Shown piece by piece: positions 9,034 through 17,743 of a DNA stretch of 32,356 nucleotides. The stretch covers positions 1-32,356 of IMG/VR virus record IMGVR_UViG_3300028284_000020; one strand, given 5' to 3'. Position numbers and translations under genes: made by a program. How positions within the stretch are numbered: the first letter of the stretch is position 1; each line of letters opens with the position of its first letter. The notes under the pieces are model-generated. The model searched no databases and was not told the DNA's origin. It saw only the letters and a program-made list of their open reading frames with translations. The DNA is from a virus (lineage: Duplodnaviria; Caudoviricetes).

Positions 9034-9566
9034 TGAAAACTTTCAAGGATATGGCTATCCATGAGACAGTCGATAGTCTACAAGAGACTAACACTAATAT
9101 AACCGACAATCCCTTTAGATTGGGTTCTATGATGTATTTTGAGGTCATTAAAGAAGCAAGGAAGAGACTTGCAGAAGGAAGATTTAGACTTACTGAAGTA
9201 GATAGACAAATCATTGAGACGGATTTAGGTGAATTTGAAATCTATGAGGGTAATATGGTACCATTAGATTGTCCTATGATACTGGAAGAAGATGAAAAGG
9301 AACCTAAATTGAACTCACCTAAAGTCGGTGGTTCAAAGAAGTATTATGTTTACGTCAAAGACGGAGACAAGATTAAAAAGATAACATGGGGAGACACTAC
9401 AGGACTTAAGGTCAAGTTAAACAACCCCGAAGCACGAAAGAGTTTTGTTGCAAGACATAAATGTGACACTAAGAATGACAAAACCACTGCAGGATATTGG
9501 GCATGTAGATTGCCGTATTATGCAAAACAGTTAGGTTTAAGTGGTGGTGGAAGCTTCTTTTGGTAA
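9033..9566 (+). CDS. Conserved phage protein with a C-terminal basic RKSF.ARHKC...YWAC module
   Basis: MKTFKD leader, acidic ILEEDE linker, then GGSKKYYVYVK..ITWGD..ARKSFVARHKC..GYWACR. Confidence 0.7.
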   Translation: MKTFKDMAIHETVDSLQETNTNITDNPFRLGSMMYFEVIKEARKRLAEGRFRLTEVDRQIIETDLGEFEIYEGNMVPLDCPMILEEDEKEPKLNSPKVGGSKKYYVYVKDGDKIKKITWGDTTGLKVKLNNPEARKSFVARHKCDTKNDKTTAGYWACRLPYYAKQLGLSGGGSFFW

Positions 9567-9581
9567 ACCATATATACTAGT

Positions 9582-9845
9582 ATGGAAAAAGAATTATATC
9601 ACACCTTTAGTCAAGGTGAAAGAAAGGCAGAAGTCTTTAAGACAGTAAAGGGTTTTGAAGTAGAGTTATACGAAAAGGATGATTGGAGTGCAACTAGAAA
9701 GGTGCATGGTCATTCAGAAACATATGCAGAGAATACTGCAGAGAATTGGGTTCAAGGTATATTTGACCTAGAAGCACCTGTAAAAGAGGGTAGTTTTTAT
9801 GGTTACAGAGAGAAATCGGACAACTACTATGAAGGTGACGACTAA
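9582..9845 (+). CDS. Hypothetical protein
   Basis: 87-aa ORF with TATATA-N5-ATG upstream. Confidence 0.7.
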   Translation: MEKELYHTFSQGERKAEVFKTVKGFEVELYEKDDWSATRKVHGHSETYAENTAENWVQGIFDLEAPVKEGSFYGYREKSDNYYEGDD

Positions 9846-10122
9846 ACCTTACAGTGAAGAGGTTACAGAACAACACGGAACAGGAGTTAAGTTCATAATT
9901 AGAACTTTCACTGATTCGGTTGAAGAAGACGAACTGGTCTGGCATAGAGACAGAGAGTCACGACTTGTACATGTATTATCAGGAACTAATTGGAAGCTTC
10001 AGTTAGATGATAAACTTCCTGAAGTGTTAAAGGTGGGTATGACATACAGAATACCTAAAATGGGGTACCATAGACTGTTAAAAGGACAGAATAACTTGGT
10101 ACTTAGAATTCAAATTACATAA
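9829..10122 (+). CDS. Small cupin-fold protein
   Basis: WHRD..R.V.VL.G..W..Q...YRIPK..YHRL cupin-like pattern. Start 9829 or 9799. Confidence 0.65.
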   Translation: MKVTTKPYSEEVTEQHGTGVKFIIRTFTDSVEEDELVWHRDRESRLVHVLSGTNWKLQLDDKLPEVLKVGMTYRIPKMGYHRLLKGQNNLVLRIQIT

Positions 10123-10130
10123 ATAAACAT

Positions 10131-10670
10131 ATGAGTTTTAAATCAGAAAATTGGAAAGAAATACTGCAACAGGTTCGTACTGGAATTCAGGAGAACACAG
10201 TTGTTAAAACCGAAGATGACATCATCTCAGAGGAGATTGATGCGCTATTGGAAAACTTTGATGTACCTGTACTACAAGAGGTCACTGATAAAGAGGTTGA
10301 TGCATTAAAGAAATTGTCTAAGGACATGCAGTCAGTTCTAAAAGGATATCAGTCTATTGTAAAGATGGGTGACAAAGAACTTAAGGACAGTAAGTATAAT
10401 AAAGATTACGAAGCAGTCCTAAAAGCAAGAGACACCATTTTCACTTTGATTGGTAAAGTAAACACTCAAAAGATTCTGAACAAGGAAGAAGTCGAAGTAG
10501 AAAAAGAGTCTACAGCAGAAGAAGTGATTGAAGCTTTAGAAAAAGACATATCTATTGGTAAACTTACTGAAAAAAACATGTTAGGACGACTTGCAAAATC
10601 AATGGAACTTAACGAAGAAAACAAAACTAAACTATTCGATTATTTCGATAAGGGAGAACTAGAACAATGA
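10131..10670 (+). CDS. Hypothetical protein, possible internal head/core protein
   Basis: TAAATA-N5-ATG. Acidic, with many [LI]xE motifs (IQE, ISE, LLE, LQE, LTE, LNE). Confidence 0.7.
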   Translation: MSFKSENWKEILQQVRTGIQENTVVKTEDDIISEEIDALLENFDVPVLQEVTDKEVDALKKLSKDMQSVLKGYQSIVKMGDKELKDSKYNKDYEAVLKARDTIFTLIGKVNTQKILNKEEVEVEKESTAEEVIEALEKDISIGKLTEKNMLGRLAKSMELNEENKTKLFDYFDKGELEQ

Positions 10671-10918
10671 GTTTCACAGGATTTCAATTAGGGTTAACGG
10701 ATTCGTTAATCGAAGCATCAAAAAAAATTGCAGAAGGTTCTGCAGAATATAAAAAGTTCTTTGACGGTGTGTTAAAGAAGTTTGGAGTTACATCACCCGA
10801 TGAATTAGAAGGTGATAAGAAGAAAGAATTCTTTGATTACATCGATAACAACTGGAATAGTGATTCAGAAGCTGGTAAAGACGGTAAGAAAGAAGAAAAA
10901 GAATCGGACTCAGAGTAG
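10667..10918 (+). CDS. Small conserved phage protein (YKKFF..LKKFGV.SP.EL...KKEFF..ID..W)
   Basis: ATGA overlap, GGGAG RBS, LIE/IAE motifs ahead of a compact domain. Confidence 0.7.
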   Translation: MSFTGFQLGLTDSLIEASKKIAEGSAEYKKFFDGVLKKFGVTSPDELEGDKKKEFFDYIDNNWNSDSEAGKDGKKEEKESDSE

Positions 10919-10926
10919 ATAATACT

Positions 10927-11472
10927 ATGGATAGAGTTGACGCTAGATACAAGACCTTTAAAGAGAAAATTAAAAAACTCGGTTATATGAAAGGTGAGGC
11001 CAAAAAGGTCAATGCCGTCATGGAAAAGGTTGCAGACTTCGGAATGATGTCTGATGCAGGGAACCAAAAGGTTGCTCGTGCAGTTGCAAAGGCAAAGAAC
11101 GAAAAAGAATTGAAAGTTCTTCTTAATAAAATCAGTTCAATGGCTGGTGGGAAGTATAAAGAAGCTGAAGAAGAAGATGTTATCCAAAGAGCACTTTGGG
11201 CATTATCATCAACAGCAGTAGGTATGCAGTTAAGACCTGATGCAAATATGTTAACTCAGTTAGCATCTATTCAGGATACTGGAAAAGATACAGAAATCAG
11301 AACAGACGACATGAAAAAAATGAAGTTGAAAGCTGATGATGCATCTAAAGTATATGATATATTAATGAAAATTAAGAGTACGGAAAGGTCTAAATACCTA
11401 CGACTTTTACAGAAAGATATAAAATCTTTCAAAACAACTTATAACGCAATCCTAAAGGTTGCTAATAGATAA
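10927..11472 (+). CDS. Hypothetical basic protein
   Basis: 181-aa ORF with TAGATA-N5-ATG upstream. Confidence 0.7.
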   Translation: MDRVDARYKTFKEKIKKLGYMKGEAKKVNAVMEKVADFGMMSDAGNQKVARAVAKAKNEKELKVLLNKISSMAGGKYKEAEEEDVIQRALWALSSTAVGMQLRPDANMLTQLASIQDTGKDTEIRTDDMKKMKLKADDASKVYDILMKIKSTERSKYLRLLQKDIKSFKTTYNAILKVANR

Positions 11473-11486
11473 ACGGAGAAAATAAA

Positions 11487-12053
11487 ATGGCATTATGGGG
11501 ACACACTTCAGGAACAGAATCTAAACCAAATTGGTTATCTGATGCTGAGAAAACAAAAACACAAGCAAAACCACACGGATGGGAATTAGCAACAACAGTA
11601 GGTTCTAGAGTTAGAACTGAAACACTTGTTGCAATGAAAAACTTTACCGTTGCACTTGGTGCTGCTGACATTACTGATATTGATTGGATTTCAACTGCAC
11701 ATGACGTGTCTGTTGGTTCAACACTATCTGCAAAAGTTATATTCAACGAAGCAGTTGACGTAACAGGAAGTCCTACACTTTCAGTACTTAACGGTAATGA
11801 AGGAACAGGAACAGGAAGAGGCCCACACTCATTAGTATATGCTAGTGGAACTGGTACTAACGAACTTACATTCAGTCTAGTAGTTGCAGCTGCATCTGCA
11901 GATATCGCTGCTGACGATGTACTTTCAATCGGTGTTAACCCTGTTGCACTTGCTGGTGGAACGATTAAGGACAAAGGAACTGCTACTGTAAGTACAATTA
12001 CTTCTGTTGTTGGAATCGGAACTGCTGCTGGTAACATAACTGCAGTTGCATAA
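11487..12053 (+). CDS. Putative virion structural protein with an Ig-like beta domain
   Basis: MALWG start. Rich in Gly/Thr/Ala/Val. FNEAVDVTGSPTL and YASGTGTNELTF are Ig-like motifs. GGAG RBS and TAAATA at 11391. Confidence 0.7.
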   Translation: MALWGHTSGTESKPNWLSDAEKTKTQAKPHGWELATTVGSRVRTETLVAMKNFTVALGAADITDIDWISTAHDVSVGSTLSAKVIFNEAVDVTGSPTLSVLNGNEGTGTGRGPHSLVYASGTGTNELTFSLVVAAASADIAADDVLSIGVNPVALAGGTIKDKGTATVSTITSVVGIGTAAGNITAVA

Positions 12054-12082
12054 TTTAATAATTAGTTTATAAAGGATAGGAA

Positions 12083-12796
12083 ATGGCATACACTTCAGAG
12101 TTTAGTACTTCGGCATTATCAGATGCAGAAAAGAATTTAATTTGGACTGCAGAGAATATAGAAAGACTAGAAGCTCAGGGGATTCTTTTTGGTGCAGATG
12201 ATGCCGCAAAGAAGACTAATTATTTTGCACATCACGATACATTACTTGCATTACCAAATAGTTTTATTTGGAAGTACTTAAATGATGGTGCATTCATTGG
12301 ATATAGACTCTTAGTAGAACCCAAAGCACCAGCATTAGGTTGGACTCCTCCTGAAGGATGGGTTCCATCCCTCGGTTGGTCAGACGACCCTCGAAGACAA
12401 CACGAAACATTGGTAACTGCAGTTTGTTATAACCCAAAACTAATTGCACTAGATGCTAATTATGCAGACACATCAATGGTTACAATTCTTGGTCTTATGA
12501 CCGAAGCAGAGACTTTAAAAATTTGGGAAGAAAATAGTGATGTTCATGGACTTTCGAATGTTGATACAATGATGGAGTATATGAAGACTATTGGTAAAGA
12601 TAAATCGTTTATCTTCATAACTGGTAATACACAAAAAGCATTCCATAAAAATCAATTGGTTTCAGAAGGTAATGGTGCTCATGTATTTCAGTATAATCAA
12701 ATAGCAGGATGTCCTATGATTGTATTGGGTGTTACAAACCAAACTTCTTTCTACAGTTCATTGACAACTCCCAACAAAGGATGGGATTTAACTTAA
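12083..12796 (+). CDS. Hypothetical protein
   Basis: 237-aa ORF with AAGGA/AGGA RBS. No family recognised. Confidence 0.75.
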   Translation: MAYTSEFSTSALSDAEKNLIWTAENIERLEAQGILFGADDAAKKTNYFAHHDTLLALPNSFIWKYLNDGAFIGYRLLVEPKAPALGWTPPEGWVPSLGWSDDPRRQHETLVTAVCYNPKLIALDANYADTSMVTILGLMTEAETLKIWEENSDVHGLSNVDTMMEYMKTIGKDKSFIFITGNTQKAFHKNQLVSEGNGAHVFQYNQIAGCPMIVLGVTNQTSFYSSLTTPNKGWDLT

Positions 12797-12812
12797 CAAA
12801 CAGGATAATAAT

Positions 12813-13226
12813 ATGAAAAAGTTTAGAGATTTTATAATAGAAGACCATGATGGTAGTGGTGCCGCAGGTTTATCATCAACACCAAAACCTTATGATTTGG
12901 ATAGTGCAGAAGTAAAAGCAAAGATTAATGCAATTCTTGGACACACTGCAGTGTCAGAATATCTTAATCCTAAAGCTGCATTGAAACAAATTGAAGCAAA
13001 ACTTCATCAATTAGGTCTTTCAACTACTGAAACTGGTGCAATTGACCACGGTGAATTTACAGAATCAGGAACACATACTATTGGGTTCACTAGATATGGT
13101 GACCAGTTTGGTAAGTCAGTGGATACACCATTCGATGAGTTCGAAACTAAAACTGAAACCCTAAATCTAACTGTTAAACTTGAGAAGTTGCAGACAGGTT
13201 CATTTAAGGTATACGGTTCAATCTAA
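12813..13226 (+). CDS. Hypothetical protein with a capsid-targeting-like leader
   Basis: Starts MKKFRDFIIE. AGGA RBS. Confidence 0.75.
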   Translation: MKKFRDFIIEDHDGSGAAGLSSTPKPYDLDSAEVKAKINAILGHTAVSEYLNPKAALKQIEAKLHQLGLSTTETGAIDHGEFTESGTHTIGFTRYGDQFGKSVDTPFDEFETKTETLNLTVKLEKLQTGSFKVYGSI

Positions 13227-13252
13227 CCCAACCCCTACATTATGAAAGAACT

Positions 13253-14344
13253 ATGAAGATAACTAAAGTTACCTCTCCGCCTAAAACCCTCCTCTCTTTT
13301 GAGGAGACATCCTACCCAGTAGAAAAAGAACTCCAACCCGATGATGTTGTAGAGATTTTCAACACTCCTTTAACAGGTGCATATAACTGGGACTATACAG
13401 TCCAAGACGATAGAATCAAGAAACTATATGAACTTGGTAAGGCAAAGAACTGGAATGCAGAAAAGGATATCAATTGGGATGAACCCAATGGTGATGAAAA
13501 TCCTATGGTACATCAGTTCTTCCATAATGAATGGAAACACCACGAAGGTTATTCAAACCTATCAGATGAAAAACAAAAAAGTTTTGTTAAAGACTTACAA
13601 CACTGGACACTCTCACAATTACTACATGGTGAACAAGGTGCATTATTAGTTGCATCTCAACTTGCATCATGCGCTCCCACTTTCAATGCAAAACTATATG
13701 CAGCTTCACAAACATTCGATGAAGCAAGACATGTAGAAGTGTTCAACAAATACTTACAGACAAGAGTAGGTAAGATATTTTCTGTAGGTGCTCCTCTAAA
13801 ATCCCTATTGGACAAAGTATTGACCGATGAAAGGTGGGATTTAAAATTCATAGGAATGCAGATTATTATTGAAGGTCTTGCACTTGCAATTTTCAATACT
13901 ATAAGGTCTACAACTCAAGACCCAGTGTTAAGGAATATTCTTACACTAGTAATTAGAGATGAAGCTAGACATGTTACCTTTGGAGTCAATTACTTAGAAA
14001 AGTTTGTTAAAACACTTACCCCTGAAGAACTCGTAGAGAGAGAAGACTTCTGTTTAGAAGCATGTAATGTGTTGAGACATAGATTTAAACAATTTGAATG
14101 TTGGGAACACTATGGTTTCGATGTAGAAGAGACTGCAATATGGTACGAGGGTACTGTATTGAATAATCAATTCCAAGAACTCCTTTTTACTAGAATCGTC
14201 CCTAACCTAAAAAAGGTTGGACTCTTACCCGACAGACTTATAGAAGAGTACGAAAAATTAGGTGTAATGAAGTTTGCAGACGGTGAGTCTGATTATGAAA
14301 CTTCATGGGATGAGTTGAATGCACCCCTAGAAATTGTTGTATAA
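13253..14344 (+). CDS. Ferritin-like diiron protein (AurF/N-oxygenase-like)
   Basis: HGEQGA, DEARH, IIEGLA and a second DEARH: two E..ExxH diiron ligand sets. Confidence 0.85.
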   Translation: MKITKVTSPPKTLLSFEETSYPVEKELQPDDVVEIFNTPLTGAYNWDYTVQDDRIKKLYELGKAKNWNAEKDINWDEPNGDENPMVHQFFHNEWKHHEGYSNLSDEKQKSFVKDLQHWTLSQLLHGEQGALLVASQLASCAPTFNAKLYAASQTFDEARHVEVFNKYLQTRVGKIFSVGAPLKSLLDKVLTDERWDLKFIGMQIIIEGLALAIFNTIRSTTQDPVLRNILTLVIRDEARHVTFGVNYLEKFVKTLTPEELVEREDFCLEACNVLRHRFKQFECWEHYGFDVEETAIWYEGTVLNNQFQELLFTRIVPNLKKVGLLPDRLIEEYEKLGVMKFADGESDYETSWDELNAPLEIVV

Positions 14345-14376
14345 ATACTTTTACAAACAAACTAAATTATAATATT

Positions 14377-14748
14377 ATGGGTCTTTTTGATAAAATAAAT
14401 GCAAAGAATTTTACAGCCTTTGCAATGAAACACTACGATGACCCTCAATGTTCAGACATTGAGGAATTCCAAGAAGACTTGAGAAGGTTTAGATATCTTA
14501 AACGACTTCTCCATAGATACCATGAAAATGGTGAACTGAGAGAACGTCTCATGTTAAATCATCTTATATGCATATTCAATGTATTTGGTTATGATGCATG
14601 TATGAGGATGTTGGAGTTTAAGATTAAAGATGGGAATTACTGGTCTTCAATCAAAACAATGTTACTCTATCTTGGGTATGTCGATGAGTCATTTAAAGTA
14701 GACTCAGTTGTAGACCTTACCCTTGCATCGAGACTTAGAGAATTATAA
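14377..14748 (+). CDS. Conserved T4-like hypothetical protein
   Basis: FAMKHYDDPQC..EFQEDLRRFRYLKRLL..ERLMLNHLI..NVFG, a pattern typical of T4-like marine phages. TATAAATA at 14340. Confidence 0.8.
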   Translation: MGLFDKINAKNFTAFAMKHYDDPQCSDIEEFQEDLRRFRYLKRLLHRYHENGELRERLMLNHLICIFNVFGYDACMRMLEFKIKDGNYWSSIKTMLLYLGYVDESFKVDSVVDLTLASRLREL

Positions 14749-14753
14749 AACAC

Positions 14754-14829
14754 GCCCGTATAGCTCAGTTGGTAGAGCACTTCACTTGTAATGAAGATGT
14801 CACGAGTTCGAATCTTGTTGCGGGCTCCA
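14754..14829 (+). tRNA. tRNA-Thr(UGU)
   Basis: Acceptor GCCCGTA/TGCGGGC, anticodon arm CTTCA-CTTGTAA-TGAAG, GTTCGAATC, encoded CCA. Confidence 0.96.
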
Positions 14830-14868
14830 TTTCTTAAGGTAGAGGTTTAAAACAACCTAAATAGTTAT

Positions 14869-15429
14869 ATGGCAATTATAGACACAATCATAGTATTCAA
14901 AATCCTTAAAATGTTGGTAACACCATTTAATAAATTTGATGCGTTCAAATTTGGACTTATTGATAAGAATGGACTAAGACTCAAGGACAAGACCCCGTCA
15001 AATTCTGCAGAAGAGTCTTCTATTAATGCACTACATCGTTTAGTGTTCAATCTTAAACGTATTATTCAAAAGGTACCCTTTGGTAAGACTGCGTTTGCTT
15101 CATATGCAATTGCAATTGCATTGTTGAAGGAAGAGTGTAAACTAAGTCCTGAAGAAACAGAACAACTATGTGAGAAGTTTTACACTCACATAAAAGAAGA
15201 TGGTGTATTCTATCCCACAATGTTGGATGAAGTTATAGAACTGGATGAATTGTATAAGGGAAATGTATACAATCTGAAGAGAGATTTAGAACAAGGTACC
15301 ATATTATTTCAAAATAAAACTCCAGTACATATAGTTGAAGAACTAAGTACAATATTTGGAGTTAAAGTATATGTGGGTTATGTAAATAACGAACACAGGG
15401 TATTGGTGACATCAGATGACTTACGATAA
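14869..15429 (+). CDS. Conserved T4-like hypothetical protein
   Basis: LKMLVTPF..FDAFKFGLIDKNG..HRLVFNLKR. TAAATA-N5-ATG. Confidence 0.8.
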   Translation: MAIIDTIIVFKILKMLVTPFNKFDAFKFGLIDKNGLRLKDKTPSNSAEESSINALHRLVFNLKRIIQKVPFGKTAFASYAIAIALLKEECKLSPEETEQLCEKFYTHIKEDGVFYPTMLDEVIELDELYKGNVYNLKRDLEQGTILFQNKTPVHIVEELSTIFGVKVYVGYVNNEHRVLVTSDDLR

Positions 15430-15586
15430 GAAAAAAAGAGACAGAACCTACGAAGAAAACAAGAAACAATGGGAAGATGCAGCGATGAATGCGACTGGAA
15501 GTGCAGTATCGACAGATGTACCTATTGTCAAAAAGAAAAAGAAACAAGTACCATCAAAGATATTTGATTTGATTTCTAGAAGATAA
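15416..15586 (+). CDS. 56-aa peptide missing from the ORF track (MTYDKKKR...WEDAAMNATGSAVSTDVPIVKKKKK...)
   Basis: Fills the gap between flanking genes. EDA.xNATG.AV plus a poly-Lys run resembles small T4-like late peptides. Confidence 0.6.
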   Translation: MTYDKKKRDRTYEENKKQWEDAAMNATGSAVSTDVPIVKKKKKQVPSKIFDLISRR

Positions 15587-15589
15587 ATT

Positions 15590-16405
15590 ATGAAATGGTT
15601 GAATTACCTAGCCCTAGGTACCTCTATTGGAATTGCAGTAATAGCTGCATACTTTTCCGTGTTAGGACTTGCAACAATATTTGCAGGTGCATACTTGAGT
15701 GTTGTCGTGATGGCAAGTGTACTAGAGTTTGGTAAGTTAGTTACTGCAGCCTACATCCATTTACTATGGGATAAGTTAAACTACCAAAAATGGTATCTAG
15801 TGACCAGTGTCATAGTGTTAATGTTAATCACATCACTAGGTATCTTTGGATTCCTATCTAAAGCAAACATCGACCAAACACTACAAGGTGACTCCTTCTC
15901 ATTAGAGATGTCCATCATAGAGAAACGTATCAGTGGTGAGGAAGGTAAACTAAAACGTCTAGAGACCCGTCTAGAGGGACTAGACACCATCATTGCAACT
16001 GCACAACCCAAAGACCGTAACTACATTGACCGTAGACAAAAAGAAGAAAGGGGGTTGATTGCTGAGGACATGGATGGTATAATAGACCAAGTGGTTGCAT
16101 ATAATGAAGAGTTGATGCCACTAAAAAGAGAACAATTGAAACAAGAAGGGGAGATTGGCCCTATCAAGTACATTGCAGAGGTAATTTATGGTCAAGAAGA
16201 GTCTGTCAAGTACCTTGACAATGCAGTAAGATGGGTCATTTTTGCACTTATCTTTGTGTTTGACCCACTTGCAGTGTTACTATTGATTAGTAGTGTAGGG
16301 TTAATTGCAAGAAAAACGGAAGAAGAAAAACCCGTTATAAATGAAACAAGATATGTGATTCAAGTCCCAAAAAAGGGTGGATTGGAATCATTAAAGAATA
16401 AATAA
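15590..16405 (+). CDS. Membrane protein: ~3 N-terminal TM helices, coiled coil, C-terminal TM
   Basis: Hydrophobic segments, VLEFGKLV, TSLGIFGFLSKA, IFVFDPLAVLLL. Confidence 0.8.
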   Translation: MKWLNYLALGTSIGIAVIAAYFSVLGLATIFAGAYLSVVVMASVLEFGKLVTAAYIHLLWDKLNYQKWYLVTSVIVLMLITSLGIFGFLSKANIDQTLQGDSFSLEMSIIEKRISGEEGKLKRLETRLEGLDTIIATAQPKDRNYIDRRQKEERGLIAEDMDGIIDQVVAYNEELMPLKREQLKQEGEIGPIKYIAEVIYGQEESVKYLDNAVRWVIFALIFVFDPLAVLLLISSVGLIARKTEEEKPVINETRYVIQVPKKGGLESLKNK

Positions 16406-16431
16406 TAAGTTAAACAAATTAGGAGATTAAC

Positions 16432-16647
16432 ATGTCACAAACAGATTTAGAGTATAAACTGGAAAAACTCAAAGCTATCGAACCCGAACTGGTAACAGAA
16501 GAGACCTTCTTACCTGAACAGATGAAATCAGCAAAAGATTCACACGCAACTGCACACAAAATGTGGTCAGAAAACGTGTCTAAACTTGAAGCTTCAATTG
16601 CAGATGAAAAGGCTGAACCTGCACCACACGTGCCAGACGAAAGTTAA
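16432..16647 (+). CDS. Hypothetical protein
   Basis: AGGAG RBS with TAAATA upstream (~16399). Confidence 0.7.
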   Translation: MSQTDLEYKLEKLKAIEPELVTEETFLPEQMKSAKDSHATAHKMWSENVSKLEASIADEKAEPAPHVPDES

Positions 16648-16657
16648 GAAATACCTC

Positions 16658-16686
16658 TAGACAATATCATGGGTATCATGTATAAT
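16658..16686 (+). promoter_or_regulatory. Sigma70-type promoter for the primase gene
   Basis: TAGACA-N17-TATAAT, preceded by CCTC. Confidence 0.7.
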
Positions 16687-16693
16687 GGTACTT

Positions 16694-17743
16694 ATGATAT
16701 GGTTAGAAAAAAAATACTTAAGTATGGTGATGTCCTCATTGGACAATGCCAAATGGAAGGGTGATACCACCCTTAACCACTCGTGTCTCTATTGTGGAGA
16801 CTCTCAAAAGAATGCATATAAAGCTCGTGGATACCACTTTGTGGTAGACCAAAGTTTTGTCTATAAATGTCATAATTGTGGTAAATCTACATCATCAATT
16901 AACTTCTTAAAAGACAACTTCTCTATGATTCATAAGGAGTATATGAAGGAGTGGATGAAGGAAAAGGGAGTCAAACCAAAGAAACATGCAAGTGGACATA
17001 AAATGCCATCTGCCAACAGTTTTAAGTTTGTACCACGAACAGATATCCTAAATAAGAATGATATTATGAGTGAAGAAAATCTTAAGATTTTGATGAAACC
17101 GTGTAGTGAAGTTGCAGTTGCAAGGAAGTATCTAGAAGATAGAAAGATACCATCCGAGCATTACAGTAGTCTATATTACACACCAGCACCTCAGAACTTA
17201 AGTTACTTATCACCTAAGTATAAAGACCGAGTTCTTGGAACAGACCCAAGAATCGTATTACCTTTCTATAGTGAGGAAGGGGAACTCATAGGTCTAAGTG
17301 GAAGAGCCATTAACGACTCACCACTAAGATATTTAACTATGAGATTCCGAGATGATTTGCCACTCATCTTTAATTTACATAACGTGGACAAAACTAAAAC
17401 TATCTTCGTGACTGAAGGGCCTCTAGATAGTTTATTCCTACCCAACTCTATTGCAGTTGCAGGTAGTGACTTCAAAAAGATTGACGATGTCATTAAAGAC
17501 AATGCAGTTTTGATATTTGATAATGAACCAAGAAACAAGGAAATACTTAAGAAACTAGAAGAAGTAATTGACCTTGGTTATAGTGTGGTGATTTGGAATG
17601 ATAAAAGACTGGATGGATTAAAAGATATCAACGATATGATAAAAAACGGGTTGACCGTAACTGAAGTAATTGATATAATAGACAAATGCACTTTCCACGG
17701 CCTTAGTGCAAAAGCAAAATTTATGGAGTATAAGAGGATATGA
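16694..17743 (+). CDS. gp61: DNA primase (T4 gp61)
   Basis: Zn finger CLYCGDS..CHNCG and TOPRIM motifs VTEGPLDSLF, FDNEPRN, KDIND. Start 16694 is preferred because 16685 lies within the -10 box. Confidence 0.95.
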   Translation: MIWLEKKYLSMVMSSLDNAKWKGDTTLNHSCLYCGDSQKNAYKARGYHFVVDQSFVYKCHNCGKSTSSINFLKDNFSMIHKEYMKEWMKEKGVKPKKHASGHKMPSANSFKFVPRTDILNKNDIMSEENLKILMKPCSEVAVARKYLEDRKIPSEHYSSLYYTPAPQNLSYLSPKYKDRVLGTDPRIVLPFYSEEGELIGLSGRAINDSPLRYLTMRFRDDLPLIFNLHNVDKTKTIFVTEGPLDSLFLPNSIAVAGSDFKKIDDVIKDNAVLIFDNEPRNKEILKKLEEVIDLGYSVVIWNDKRLDGLKDINDMIKNGLTVTEVIDIIDKCTFHGLSAKAKFMEYKRI

